Shown in pieces: positions 40,375 through 51,305 of a stretch of DNA of 64,000 nt. Each line of letters starts with the position of its first letter. The first letter of the stretch is position 1. The position numbers and the translations under genes were made by a program. Source of the DNA: a bacterium (lineage in GTDB: Bacteria > SZUA-182 > DTGQ01 > JAFGSM01); NCBI GenBank assembly GCA_049472335.1, contig JBLIRO010000003.1, positions 1 to 64,000 on the forward strand, in the 5' to 3' direction. The notes beneath the pieces are model-generated. The model had not been told where the DNA came from and made no database searches. It worked only from the letters and a program-made list of their open reading frames with translations.

Positions 40375-43140
40375 ATGAAACGCTTCGCTATTCCGATTTT
40401 TATTCTCGGGATTATTCTTTGTCTGTTTATGATAGCAAATGCCGTTTTTCTAGTACCCTCGGTAAAGGATGATCCTCTTGTAAGAATGCCCGGCACCCAG
40501 CCGGATCAGGGAGTTAATCTCGAGGCCCCAAACAGATGTTTGAACTGTCATGGAGACTACAATCATGCCGTTGAGCCTGGTTTTAACTGGAAAGGTTCCA
40601 TGATGGCTCAGGCATCAAGGGATCCTTTGTTTTGGGCATGCTTGACTGTTGCCGGACAAGACTCTGTCTGGGCAATAGGAACGCCTAACGCCGTTGATAT
40701 CTGCGAACGCTGTCATTTCCCGGAAGGGTGGCTGGGGGGACGCTCTGATCCGCCTAATGCCTCAGCCATGACAGGCAGTGATTTTGACGGATTACACTGT
40801 GATTTTTGCCATACAATGTGGGACCCGCTCTTTGAGACAACATACAATGGAACAAGGGAAGGTAATGACTGGTCTGGTTATTGGGATGAGGCTACATCCC
40901 TTTCTCAGACTGAGGCAGACATAACATATACTGAAGATACTTCCCTTGCCCTGGGGATTTCACTTTTTAACGGAAACCCGTTTTTCAGCGGTAAGGTTCC
41001 ATTCAGTTCGAACTACACGGAAAACGCTACCGGTCAATATTTTGTGAGCACCAATTCGCAGAAAAGGGCCAGCTTTGCCGATGCTGCTGCAAGACATCAG
41101 ATGCTGTATAGCCGCTATCATAAGTCTAAATTCTTTTGTTCTACATGTCATGATGTATCCAATCCGGCACTTGCAAATCTCTATCAGGATGGAAGTGAAC
41201 CACTTACAACCGAAAAAGAACCGGCCTTTTCATATTTTCATGTGGAGCGGACATGGTCAGAATTTATGTCATCCGCCTATGGTCAACAGGGTGGGTCTGC
41301 AACCAATACGGAATTTCAGGAACAAGGCGCGCCGGATATTACCTTGGCGGCCAAATGCCAGGATTGTCATATGAGGGATGTGGTTGGAGTAGGATGTAAC
41401 AAGAATGGTGTGCCATTGCGGCCGGATGAGAGCGTGGCTCATCCCAACTCCGGACTCCCTCTTCACGACATGACAGGAGGGAATCTCTGGATTTCGCATA
41501 TTCTGGCAAGTCTTGATGTGAATGGCCCTGTATATGACCCTGAAAATGTAAGAATACTTGACAAAGGACCTTCTATATTGACATTGGACTTAAGCCAGGG
41601 TGAAACGCCAAAGGTAAATGGAGCGGCACTCAAGGCCGGATCTGACCGGGCAAAACAACAGCTCCTGCTTGCCGCAACGATCAAAAATCTTTCTTATGAT
41701 TCTGCCACCGGAGAATTGTCTTTTATTATACAGAATAACACTGCCCATAAACTGATCTCCGGCTTTCCTGAAGGCCGCAGGATGTTTGTAAATATCAAGG
41801 CCTATACTCATGCAGAAGGATTGATATATGAAGTGAATCCTTATGATTATGATATTGGTACGCTCAAGGGTCTTTCACATTCACATAGCTCCCCTGCATT
41901 AGGGCCCAATGAAGCCTATATAGATGAGCTGGTTTATGAGGTGCACCCAAAAAGCTCGCTTACCGGTGAAGATGAGACCTTTCACTTCGTCCTGGCTGAC
42001 GGCCGGTATAAAGACAATCGAATCCCGCCGAAGGGATTTGATGTGACCGAGGCCGCTAGAAGACTCTGTGAGCCTGTCTGGCATGGTAATAGTGCAGTAG
42101 ATTATTTTACTCCAGAGGAATATGCAGGGGGATATGATGATATAAGCATTAATATTGCAGCCGGAGCTGACTACGTTGTGGTTTCCCTGTATTATCAGGG
42201 AACATCACGTGAGTACGTCGAGTTTCTGAGAGATGAGATCAATGGTGTTCAAAACCTGACGCTTCCTACAGAGCCTTTCACTTCTGGACCGGGCGATCCG
42301 AAAAATTATATTGTCAAAAGCGATCCCTTCTTTTCACAACTTGCGGCATGGGGAAATGTCATATGGGAGCTCTGGGAGTATAATCACGGATTAGGGGCAA
42401 CTCAACCGCCAACAGGTCCTGTGGATGGAATTGTGCCATTCGTAATGACCCAGGCTACAATTGGAACCGGCGGTTGTACTGTACCCACTCCTACCCTGCT
42501 TACCGCAACCCCTGACGACAAACAGGTTATTATAACGTGGCAGGAGGCTTCGGGCGATATCACTGGCTATCGGCTTTATTATGATCAGTCAGGCAAGGCC
42601 CAGTTGATAGTCGATTTACAGGCGCCGGCAAGCAATTACGTTGATACAGGACTGACAAACGGCCAGGAATACTGTTACAAGCTCACATCCTATAACACGG
42701 ATTGTGAATCCGGTTTCAGCAATATCCTATGCGCAACACCCAATAACCAGGGACAGACCACGGACCCTGCCGGCGTAGACTCAATGGTTACAGGTTTCTA
42801 TAGTGGTGGCGGGAAAACAAAGACGTTTTCTTCATCCACCACCTTCCAGGCAGGCACCTCAATTGTAATAAGGGCGCACATGATCGATAAAATTACGGGT
42901 TCCCCTCTGGCTAACGCCACAGTTGACATTGCCATCGACGGTCCGGAGACAACCACTCTGACCAGCGGACCCAGCGATCCGGCTGGTGTCGCGGAGGCCA
43001 CCTGGAATACCCAGGCGCCTAACAGGAAAGGGCAAGGCGGAACCACTCCGGGCCACTATACTGCTTCGACCATTGATGTCAAAGTATCAGGCTACCACTG
43101 GGATAGCGTAACAACAAGCACCAGCTTTGATATTCAGTAG
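40375..43140 (+). CDS. Multiheme (5 CxxCH) cytochrome c with FN3 and Ig-like C-terminal domains
   Basis: Start at ATG 40375 after AAGGAG with signal peptide; CLNCH, CERCH, CDFCH, CSTCH, CQDCH; HKLISGFPEGRR; DNRIPPKGF; FN3 YVDTGLTNGQEYCY. Confidence 0.88.
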   Translation: MKRFAIPIFILGIILCLFMIANAVFLVPSVKDDPLVRMPGTQPDQGVNLEAPNRCLNCHGDYNHAVEPGFNWKGSMMAQASRDPLFWACLTVAGQDSVWAIGTPNAVDICERCHFPEGWLGGRSDPPNASAMTGSDFDGLHCDFCHTMWDPLFETTYNGTREGNDWSGYWDEATSLSQTEADITYTEDTSLALGISLFNGNPFFSGKVPFSSNYTENATGQYFVSTNSQKRASFADAAARHQMLYSRYHKSKFFCSTCHDVSNPALANLYQDGSEPLTTEKEPAFSYFHVERTWSEFMSSAYGQQGGSATNTEFQEQGAPDITLAAKCQDCHMRDVVGVGCNKNGVPLRPDESVAHPNSGLPLHDMTGGNLWISHILASLDVNGPVYDPENVRILDKGPSILTLDLSQGETPKVNGAALKAGSDRAKQQLLLAATIKNLSYDSATGELSFIIQNNTAHKLISGFPEGRRMFVNIKAYTHAEGLIYEVNPYDYDIGTLKGLSHSHSSPALGPNEAYIDELVYEVHPKSSLTGEDETFHFVLADGRYKDNRIPPKGFDVTEAARRLCEPVWHGNSAVDYFTPEEYAGGYDDISINIAAGADYVVVSLYYQGTSREYVEFLRDEINGVQNLTLPTEPFTSGPGDPKNYIVKSDPFFSQLAAWGNVIWELWEYNHGLGATQPPTGPVDGIVPFVMTQATIGTGGCTVPTPTLLTATPDDKQVIITWQEASGDITGYRLYYDQSGKAQLIVDLQAPASNYVDTGLTNGQEYCYKLTSYNTDCESGFSNILCATPNNQGQTTDPAGVDSMVTGFYSGGGKTKTFSSSTTFQAGTSIVIRAHMIDKITGSPLANATVDIAIDGPETTTLTSGPSDPAGVAEATWNTQAPNRKGQGGTTPGHYTASTIDVKVSGYHWDSVTTSTSFDIQ

Positions 43141-43170
43141 TAGTCTTTCATATTGAATTTCTAAATAATG

Positions 43171-43207
43171 AAGGGCGGCTTGCATTACAAAGCCGCCCTT
43201 TTATTTT
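43171..43207 (+). terminator. Rho-independent terminator
   Basis: AAGGGCGGCTT-loop-AAGCCGCCCTT followed by a T-rich tail, downstream of the cytochrome gene. Confidence 0.85.
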
Positions 43208-43608
43208 GGATTTTAAACCCGGGTTTCACATTAAGGTGAATTTACTGTTTTATACGTTTTCATATGAATGACAAAACATTCACTACGAGCATATCATATT
43301 TTTTGGGACTAAACATATCAGATTCTAACTTTCTTTATTTAGTTCACTATCGTTACATTGTTACATTGATGTATTCGGAATTTGTGACATATCAGGCTCG
43401 CTTCAGACCAAACCTTTATTAATTTTATAAAAATATTTTTTTATATTTACTTATGCAATTATTGTTTTTTTTGATTATAAACATTCTTCTCATTATATTT
43501 TCTGACTCAATCAATCAATGTTACACTTCAGCGATTACAATATAGATGCGGATCACGAAAGTTACTGAAATAATAATCATTTCGGACTATACCTCTTTTG
43601 ATAATTAA

Positions 43609-43625
43609 TTGGCAACAATTTTGAT
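43609..43625 (+). promoter_or_regulatory. Possible sigma54-like promoter of the eCIS operon
   Basis: TTGGCAACAATTTTGAT is GG-N10-GA (imperfect -12), about 200 bp upstream of the first eCIS gene. Confidence 0.35.
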
Positions 43626-43826
43626 ACATAATCCTCTCAGCAAATAAAATATTTTTAGCCCTGGTCTAAACCGAAATAATTAATTTAATGTCGATCTATT
43701 GATTCTTTAATATTCAAAAAAATTCTTTGCAAAATTTTAACTAATTTTTGTGATATACATTCGAATATAAAGATTTTTTCCGAAGGATCAATGATATAAA
43801 GATTAATTTTTTAAACGAGGATTATA

Positions 43827-44414
43827 ATGTCTAATTATTCAGCCATCTCAGTGGTTTGCGAATCCGTTCTCCTTTTATTGCGCAACAATTATGAACCTCA
43901 GGAATTCAATAATGAGCTTGAATTTAAGGTTTACTTAGCCAAAGACTTCCTGGCTCCCATGCCAACCGGTGTATCTTTGTTCCTGTACAGGATCCTCCCC
44001 AATGGATCGCATCGTACACCTAATGGGCGTATTGGTCCAAATGGTAAATATTACCGGTCACAACTCCCAATAGATTTGCATTTTTTGTTAACAGCATGGG
44101 GAAAAGACGCCTCTTTGCAGCACACAATTGCCGGATGGATGATGCGTGTTCTTGAAGATATGCCCATTCTGCCCGCATCCCTTTTGAATTCTGTAGCATC
44201 AGATGTATTTCATCCGGATGAAACTGTTGAAATATGTCTTTCTGAAATGACCACTGAAGAAATGATTCATATATGGGAAGCATTTATTGAAAATGGTTAT
44301 CACCTGTCAATACCCTATGTAGCGAGAAATATAAGGATAGAATCAAATGTTTTAATAACCGACAAACAGTCTATCCAAAAGAGAACCTTTGAATACAAAA
44401 AATATGGGGATTGA
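43827..44414 (+). CDS. DUF4255 / Pvc16-Afp16-like eCIS terminator (cap) protein
   Basis: MSNYSAISVV, VSLFLYRI, LPIDLHFLLTAW, SIPYVAR; first gene of the tail cluster. Confidence 0.85.
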   Translation: MSNYSAISVVCESVLLLLRNNYEPQEFNNELEFKVYLAKDFLAPMPTGVSLFLYRILPNGSHRTPNGRIGPNGKYYRSQLPIDLHFLLTAWGKDASLQHTIAGWMMRVLEDMPILPASLLNSVASDVFHPDETVEICLSEMTTEEMIHIWEAFIENGYHLSIPYVARNIRIESNVLITDKQSIQKRTFEYKKYGD

Positions 44415-44462
44415 TTAACATTATTCTAGAATCAAAGGCTAAATGCAGGACTATTTATTAAG

Positions 44463-45320
44463 ATGGCCATAAATAATCAAAGATTTCTTTATCAAACAAA
44501 TGTTTTTACAACCCTTGGAATAAGATTCTGGGACCCAATCCTTGACAAACAAGTGATTGACGATTTAATGGTCACAGCAAGGCCTGAAAAAAAATTATCA
44601 CCTGTAATCACTTCCTTCAGAACAGCTTCGGGAATATATGCTTTTCAGGGATTACCAGGATTGCATGATACGGAGTATCCTGTACAAGACGAAACAAACA
44701 TTATTAAAAAGAAGTGTTTCATAATCGAGGTCAAGGATCGTCGAAAACAATTCCTTACAACCGTTTTTAAAGTTAATCTTCCATTGCCGTATGAAGGGAT
44801 TTATCCCAATACGGCTTATAATAGTCCGCTAGAAGAAAGCCTGCCCGGATTTTATCTTTTTTCCGCCCCTACGAGATCCTCTTCACCCGGATTGGCTGTT
44901 GTTCGCGGACAACTTATAACGGCTGTCACAGGGAATCCAGCGGCCTATGCAATATTGGAGGTCCGGGTAAAAGATAGAACATGGTATGGAGTGGCGGATG
45001 AAAGGGGGTGTATTGCTGTTCTGTTTCCATACCCTGCAATTAACGGTATGTTTTTGGCATCACCGCCTGTTTCAATATATCAGCAGAATTGGGAAATAAT
45101 CATCCGAGTCAGATATGATCCTGAGATGTTGATATTTCCTTACAAATCGGACTTTCCTGAACTCCGGAGCATTTGGAGCCAATCATCCGGAATTATAATT
45201 CCCTCTGAAGGCAATCCGCCTGTTACTGAATTTTCTTATAATCTGTTTTTTGGCCAGGAGCTGGTATTGCGAACAGAAGGGCAATCCGGATCCGTGCTTT
45301 TAATAAATAAAGGTGATTAA
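44463..45320 (+). CDS. Hypothetical eCIS-associated protein
   Basis: 285-aa ORF between the DUF4255 and sheath genes; GVADERG beta-sandwich-like motif. Confidence 0.75.
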   Translation: MAINNQRFLYQTNVFTTLGIRFWDPILDKQVIDDLMVTARPEKKLSPVITSFRTASGIYAFQGLPGLHDTEYPVQDETNIIKKKCFIIEVKDRRKQFLTTVFKVNLPLPYEGIYPNTAYNSPLEESLPGFYLFSAPTRSSSPGLAVVRGQLITAVTGNPAAYAILEVRVKDRTWYGVADERGCIAVLFPYPAINGMFLASPPVSIYQQNWEIIIRVRYDPEMLIFPYKSDFPELRSIWSQSSGIIIPSEGNPPVTEFSYNLFFGQELVLRTEGQSGSVLLINKGD

Positions 45321-45349
45321 AATTTAACCTTAAGAAAGGAGGTTTCACT

Positions 45350-47281
45350 ATGCCAGAATATCTCGCCCCTGGGGTATATATAGAGGAAACAAGCTTTCGA
45401 GCCAAAACAATAGAGGGATTAAGTACAAGCACTGCCGGCTTCATTGGCCCCACCCGTTTTGGACCGATAAGGGGTGAGCCTGAGCTATTGACTAGTTTTT
45501 CCGATTTTGAACGTATTTATGGTGGTTTGGATAGATTAGAGTATGATGGCATACAGATGGACAATTACATGGCTCATGCTGTGCGGGCATTCTTCGAAAA
45601 CGGCGGTCACAGGCTTTATGTATCCCGTATTTACAAGGCGGCAGGATTAAATGACGGAATAGCAGGTGCAGATATTACAGACGGCGAATCTCCAACTTCA
45701 CAGATTATTCATTTACAGGCCCGCTATCCCGGAGCTGCCGGAAACATAACAGTAAAGTTTCTATTTCGTATTGGTCAAAACATTCTCGGCAGTGTACCGA
45801 TTGATCCTGGTTCACCCGGATCCGGCAGCTATCCTGTGTTAAGAGGTGCAGGCAATTATGATGTGGTCTGGGCAACGGATGTGACTAGTCCTATTGGATA
45901 CCCCCCGGGGAGCGGAATGCTTTATTGGCTTGATCGTTACTTCGATGAAGACAATAACAGGTATACCTTCAGGTTACGCCGGGACAATCCGGATCAGCAG
46001 CCGGCTGATTTCCTTGAATTAACAGATCCCAGTATTACTGATGTTCGTGTTGTAACAGTGGATGTTACAATAGGCCCTCTGGGTGAATTCGATCATGAGG
46101 AAACATTTGGAAATCTTACCTTTCATCCGGAACACAGACGTGCATTAGGCAGGGTATTTGCCTCTGAGGAAAATGCTGATCGGGCTACTTCCCTTTTTGT
46201 ACCATTAGTTTTTTCAACTGAGTTGAAAAACGGTGTTGATATAGCAGAAACCCTGTTAATGCAGCAAAGTTTAATTCCATCCTCACCGTCAAGAGTATTA
46301 TTAGATTCCTTTGGTGACCCTGCGGCTACCGATGCAGCACGTACATTTCAAATAATACTCTCCGGCGGAAGTGATGGTAACAGACCGGAAGCCGATGAAT
46401 ACGAGGGTGATGATGGAAACACCGATGGCTTGAAAAGCGGTTTGCGGGCCTTTGAAGATATTGAGGACATTTCGATTATTGCGGCACCCGGCTCTTCTTT
46501 CGGCTTTAAGGATGATTACCAGACCAATACTGAAACTATCCTTAGCCATTTAATTTCTCATTGCCAAAAGATGCGCTACCGTATTGCAGTACTTGATTCT
46601 GCTGATAATCAGCTTATTTCTGAGATACGTGCCTATCGCGGCAAGATCGATTCGTCTCATGCCGCCCTGTATTATCCATGGATTCGAATTCTCGATCCGG
46701 TTACAGATAAAGAAATCAATGTTCCTCCAAGTGGCTTTGTGGCAGGGATTTATGCCAGAAATGATGTAGAAAATGGTGTTCATAAGGCGCCAGCCAATGA
46801 GGTTGTTCGTCTTGCCATAGGCTTTGAGTTTATGTTGAATAAAGCCCAGCAGGATGTGCTAAATCCTGAAGGGATCAACTGTTTTCGATTTTTCGAGGGA
46901 CGTGGTTATCGTCTATGGGGTGGAAGGACTGTCAGCTCTGATCCTGAATGGAAGTATGTCAATCTAAGACGCTATTTTGCCTTTATTGAACACTCAATTG
47001 AAAAGGGAACACAATGGGTGGTTTTTGAAAACAATAGCGGGGCGCTCTGGACCAAGGTTCGCCACACAATAGAAGATTTTCTTTTCAATGAATGGAAATC
47101 CCGGCATTTAATGGGCGAGAAACCACAGGAGGCTTATTTTGTCCGTTGTGACCGTTCTACAATGACTCAAAATGACATTGACAATGGTCGTCTCGTATGC
47201 CTTATAGGAATAGCACCCGTACGTCCGGCGGAATTTGTAATCTTCCGGATAGGTCAATGGACTGCAAACCGTCGTGCTTAG
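45350..47281 (+). CDS. Contractile tail sheath protein 1
   Basis: MPEYLAPGVYIEE, ALYYPWI, GVHKAPAN, LNPEGIN, WKYVNLRR, APVRPAEFVIFRI. Confidence 0.95.
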   Translation: MPEYLAPGVYIEETSFRAKTIEGLSTSTAGFIGPTRFGPIRGEPELLTSFSDFERIYGGLDRLEYDGIQMDNYMAHAVRAFFENGGHRLYVSRIYKAAGLNDGIAGADITDGESPTSQIIHLQARYPGAAGNITVKFLFRIGQNILGSVPIDPGSPGSGSYPVLRGAGNYDVVWATDVTSPIGYPPGSGMLYWLDRYFDEDNNRYTFRLRRDNPDQQPADFLELTDPSITDVRVVTVDVTIGPLGEFDHEETFGNLTFHPEHRRALGRVFASEENADRATSLFVPLVFSTELKNGVDIAETLLMQQSLIPSSPSRVLLDSFGDPAATDAARTFQIILSGGSDGNRPEADEYEGDDGNTDGLKSGLRAFEDIEDISIIAAPGSSFGFKDDYQTNTETILSHLISHCQKMRYRIAVLDSADNQLISEIRAYRGKIDSSHAALYYPWIRILDPVTDKEINVPPSGFVAGIYARNDVENGVHKAPANEVVRLAIGFEFMLNKAQQDVLNPEGINCFRFFEGRGYRLWGGRTVSSDPEWKYVNLRRYFAFIEHSIEKGTQWVVFENNSGALWTKVRHTIEDFLFNEWKSRHLMGEKPQEAYFVRCDRSTMTQNDIDNGRLVCLIGIAPVRPAEFVIFRIGQWTANRRA

Positions 47282-47364
47282 GGATCATTTTTTATACAAA
47301 TATGGTATTTAACTTTAAGATAATGAATTTTAAAACATTGAATTTCAAATAAGGAGATAGATCT

Positions 47365-47814
47365 ATGGAATTTCGAGAACGTCCTTACAGCCAATTTAAC
47401 TATCTTGTGGATCTCGGATCAGGCCATACTGAACAGCCACAAGGAGGATTTCAGGAGGTAAGCGGCCTTGGTATGGAAATTACCGTAGCCGAGTACCGTG
47501 CCGGGAATGACATGGACAATGCACCTCGAAAGATCACCGGTACATATAAGGTCCCTGATATCACTTTAAAGAGAGGTGTTATAGGCTCGGATGATCTTTA
47601 TCAATGGCTGAATCAAGTGCGAAATGGTGCTCAAGACGCCCTGCGCACAGTTACAATTCAACTTCAGAACGAAGACCACAGCAGCATAGTGCAGGAATGG
47701 AAACTTAATTTTGCCAGACCTATCAAATACACAGGCCCTTCTCTGAATGCAAAAGGAACAGATGTTGCCATAGAGGAGCTTGTTCTGGCCTGCGAAAGGA
47801 TTGAACTGGCCTAA
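47365..47814 (+). CDS. Tail tube protein (T4 gp19-like) 1
   Basis: GGFQEVSGL, EYRAG, ITLKRG, KYTGPSLNA, VAIEELVL. Confidence 0.93.
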   Translation: MEFRERPYSQFNYLVDLGSGHTEQPQGGFQEVSGLGMEITVAEYRAGNDMDNAPRKITGTYKVPDITLKRGVIGSDDLYQWLNQVRNGAQDALRTVTIQLQNEDHSSIVQEWKLNFARPIKYTGPSLNAKGTDVAIEELVLACERIELA

Positions 47815-47816
47815 TT

Positions 47817-50813
47817 ATGAAAACCAAAGTAAAAAACCAGTTACCCGGCATTTATTTTACCACAGAACCACCTGCTCCTTCCCCTGTGCTGCCCCGTATG
47901 GATATTGCGGCTTTTGTGGGAATTGCCTCTTCCGGTCCATTGAACACCCCTGTACCAATAGAAGATATGGACCGGTTCCGTGATATTTTTGGGGATAATT
48001 TTCCTATAGCATGGAATCCTGCTACCGGCCGGATACAGTATGCCCTTTTAGCCCCTTCAGTAGAGGCCTTTTTCAGCAATGGCGGACAACGTTGTTGGGT
48101 TGTACGTGTGGCTAAGGGGGCAAAAGCAAACCGATTTTCATTGCCGGGTTTGGTTCGTGCGGATAACTGGCAGCCTGCACTCTCTTTTGCAAGAAGTGAA
48201 GGAAGCTGGTCCGACAGCCTGCGAGTAGGTACTGTAAAACAAATACAGGCGCTTAATTTGATCGATTTCCAATATGAAGCGGATGATAATTATTATTCTG
48301 TCCAGGTAGCAGCCCCCTCCACCAAATTAAGCCCGGGAGATCTTTTACAGTTAAACTTTGGTGATAATGGTCCTCTGCTTTTTCTGGTCATAGATTACGT
48401 TGAAATCATGACTGCAAATAACTATCTGCCTAAAGGTCCGCCCAACATATCCTTAAAAGGATCTCAAGGTTACTGGTTCCTACGTTCTTATGAGCCTGCG
48501 GATATTTCGGAATCAATAGAAGTTTTTTTACTGAATCCTGAAGGTGAAAAACCGCTCCCTATACTATCAATGCTAATGCCAAAAACAAACAGCGATTTTT
48601 ATGAAGTCGAATTGGATATGTCTTATGAAAACGCACCACTTCCAGGCGAGCTTCTACGTATCAATTTTGCCGAATGGGAATCTCTCCTTCTGCCATTGAC
48701 AAAAGAAACGGAATCACTTCCCGGGGAAGGGGTTCGTGTTGGCGGGAAAAATGGCCTGTGGCCGGTCGGGCTTTATCAGGGATTAAAGGCAGTTGAATCA
48801 TGGCAGGCAGAGGATGTGCATGAGAGGAAACCCTATGCTGAAATCATTACATTCGATATCATTATATGGAATAAAGGTGAGATAACCTCATCATTTACTA
48901 ACCTTGGATTCAGCAACAAAAGCAACCGGTTTTGGGCCAGGTTGCCATCTGATAAAGAGCTCTTTGAATTACCGGAAATGATGAATAAATATGAAGAGCC
49001 GGATTCTTTAAAGGCAGAGGCCTCTGAACCTCGTTTTCCTCTGACCGGACACGAAGATCCTGCCGTGCTTTATTTACCAATAGGTATGCATTTTACACCC
49101 CGATTTGAGATATCACAGGGGCCTCTCGACTATTCTGAGATGGACTCATTGACAAAGAACGGAATTGAGAGTTTCAATGCAGGACTCTTTCTGGATACTG
49201 ATCTGGCGGATATAGGCAGCGAATTGCTATTGAGGGAGGCAAATCATAAGTATTATTTGCAGGGAAGGCCTTTATCCGGCATACATTGCCTGCTCCCTAT
49301 CAATGAGATTACTCTTATTACAACTCCTGATGCAGTACAATTGGATTGGGAAAGAGGAGAACCTATCCTCCCTGATCTCTTATTGCCACCGGTTTTAAAT
49401 CCTGTAGCTTCATATGAAGAGCCTGGGACATTGATTCTTTCCTGGTCATCTGCAAATGACCCGGCAACTTACAGACTCCAGGAATCAACAGACCCTGCCT
49501 TCTCTAACCCGGAAATAATATATGAGGGCAAAGAAACAACCATAACCATACCTTGTCATAAAGGCTGTCCTCTTATTTATTATTACCGCATCAATGCCTT
49601 ATATGAGGGAAAGATGAGTCCCTGGTCCAATACCCAAAAGGCACTAAATCCTCAGCTTGACTTTGAAAACTGCCAGAGTCCTTCCCTGGAGGTACCACAG
49701 CTTAATCCTCTATCATTAGACCCAGCACATGATTATTATTATATCATTTCATGGTCATCCGTAAATGGTGCCACTCGATATATTTTACAGGAGTCTGCGG
49801 ATCCGCTTTTTAGCGGTTCTTTAACGATTTTTACCGGCTCTGAAATATATTTCCGCGTAAAACGCCGGATTACAAATGATGTTTTTTATTATCGAGTACG
49901 GGCAGAAAATGAAGAGAGGATAAGCCCCTGGTCCAATACATGTTTTTATGTATCTTCAGCCGCACAGATGTTTTCAGTAAATGATCCTGAAGAATATAGC
50001 AATGAAAATCTTTTATCAGTGCAAAGGGCCTTGTTACGCTTTTGCGCTGCCCGGGGTGATATGTTTACTTTATTATCTTTGCCTTACCACTACACCAGGG
50101 ATGAAATCATTTGCCATTTAAAGGCATTAATGTCAATTCAGAATGGTAATATAGTGGACCGGGACCTCAGTTTCGGGGCAGTCTATCATCCCTGGGTGGA
50201 GGCTCGTGTATCATTGGATAAAAGCATTACAGCCATACAGCCTCTTCCTCCCGAAGGGTCAGTGTGCGGCACGATTGCCTTAAGGGCAATCACCCGCGGA
50301 CCATGGATTGCCCCTGCAAACGAACCTTTAAGGAGAGTGGTATCATTAATTTCTAAGATCAATCTTCAAGAATCGCGTCCATACATTGATATACCATTAA
50401 ATTTAATAAGACAGGACATACGGGGATTTTTGCTTCTAAGTGCCTGCACACTCTGCCCTGAATCCGCTTTCAGGTCTATCAATGTGCGCCGGCTTCTCAT
50501 ACTTTTGCGACGTCTTGCTTTACTCGAAGGTTCGATTTATGTCTTTCAGCCCAATGACTCAGATTTTCACACCATTGTTAAAAACAGATTCGAGCATTTG
50601 CTTGCCAGACTTTACAATTTAGGAGCATTTGCAGGCAATACACCGGCTGAGGCATATAAAGTGGTCACAGATCAATCGATCAATACCTCAGAAAGCCTCC
50701 AACAAGGACGCTTTATTGTTGAGCTTCGTGTTGCACCGTCACATCCGCTGGCATTCATCACTTTAAGGCTTATACAAACAGGCCATGAAAAACTAACAAT
50801 GCATGAAGCCTGA
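47817..50813 (+). CDS. Contractile tail sheath protein 2, enlarged, with two FN3-like insertions
   Basis: LPGIYF...RMDIAAFVG...FFSNGGQRCWVVRV; AVYHPW; APANEPL; INVRRL; VELRVAP. Confidence 0.88.
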   Translation: MKTKVKNQLPGIYFTTEPPAPSPVLPRMDIAAFVGIASSGPLNTPVPIEDMDRFRDIFGDNFPIAWNPATGRIQYALLAPSVEAFFSNGGQRCWVVRVAKGAKANRFSLPGLVRADNWQPALSFARSEGSWSDSLRVGTVKQIQALNLIDFQYEADDNYYSVQVAAPSTKLSPGDLLQLNFGDNGPLLFLVIDYVEIMTANNYLPKGPPNISLKGSQGYWFLRSYEPADISESIEVFLLNPEGEKPLPILSMLMPKTNSDFYEVELDMSYENAPLPGELLRINFAEWESLLLPLTKETESLPGEGVRVGGKNGLWPVGLYQGLKAVESWQAEDVHERKPYAEIITFDIIIWNKGEITSSFTNLGFSNKSNRFWARLPSDKELFELPEMMNKYEEPDSLKAEASEPRFPLTGHEDPAVLYLPIGMHFTPRFEISQGPLDYSEMDSLTKNGIESFNAGLFLDTDLADIGSELLLREANHKYYLQGRPLSGIHCLLPINEITLITTPDAVQLDWERGEPILPDLLLPPVLNPVASYEEPGTLILSWSSANDPATYRLQESTDPAFSNPEIIYEGKETTITIPCHKGCPLIYYYRINALYEGKMSPWSNTQKALNPQLDFENCQSPSLEVPQLNPLSLDPAHDYYYIISWSSVNGATRYILQESADPLFSGSLTIFTGSEIYFRVKRRITNDVFYYRVRAENEERISPWSNTCFYVSSAAQMFSVNDPEEYSNENLLSVQRALLRFCAARGDMFTLLSLPYHYTRDEIICHLKALMSIQNGNIVDRDLSFGAVYHPWVEARVSLDKSITAIQPLPPEGSVCGTIALRAITRGPWIAPANEPLRRVVSLISKINLQESRPYIDIPLNLIRQDIRGFLLLSACTLCPESAFRSINVRRLLILLRRLALLEGSIYVFQPNDSDFHTIVKNRFEHLLARLYNLGAFAGNTPAEAYKVVTDQSINTSESLQQGRFIVELRVAPSHPLAFITLRLIQTGHEKLTMHEA

Positions 50814-50831
50814 GAACAAGAAGAATAAGAA

Positions 50832-51287
50832 ATGGATAGAATAATCCCTTTTACAGCATTTAGATTCAAGGTCCTCATTGAGATTGAGGGTGAATCAAAA
50901 TCCTTATGCAATGCAGCATTTTCAGAATGCGACGGTCTGGAGATAACAATGGAGCCTAAAACAATCCGGGAGGGAGGGAATAACAATCGGCCAATACATC
51001 TAATAGGACCTGTGAGCTATGGACAACTTTCTTTAAAACGTGGAATGACCGATTCCATTGATCTCTGGAATTGGTTCGAAAAGGTCCTTCAGCATGGCCA
51101 AAACGGACTGAGGGCCAATGCACAGATTATCATGCTGGGATCTGACGGAACCGATAAGCTGCAATTTAATATCACAGGGTGTCTTCCAGTAAAAATAAAG
51201 GCACCGGCCTTAAACGCCAAAGATGGCATCCTGGCAGTCGAAGAGATGCAGATTGCTTATGAGTTATTGAATATTCAAGAAAAATAA
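50832..51287 (+). CDS. Tail tube protein (T4 gp19-like) 2
   Basis: PFTAFRF, FSECDGLE, EGGNN, LSLKRG, PALNA, AVEEMQIAYE. Confidence 0.92.
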   Translation: MDRIIPFTAFRFKVLIEIEGESKSLCNAAFSECDGLEITMEPKTIREGGNNNRPIHLIGPVSYGQLSLKRGMTDSIDLWNWFEKVLQHGQNGLRANAQIIMLGSDGTDKLQFNITGCLPVKIKAPALNAKDGILAVEEMQIAYELLNIQEK

Positions 51288-51305
51288 GTCCAGAGGTATA
51301 TTAAA

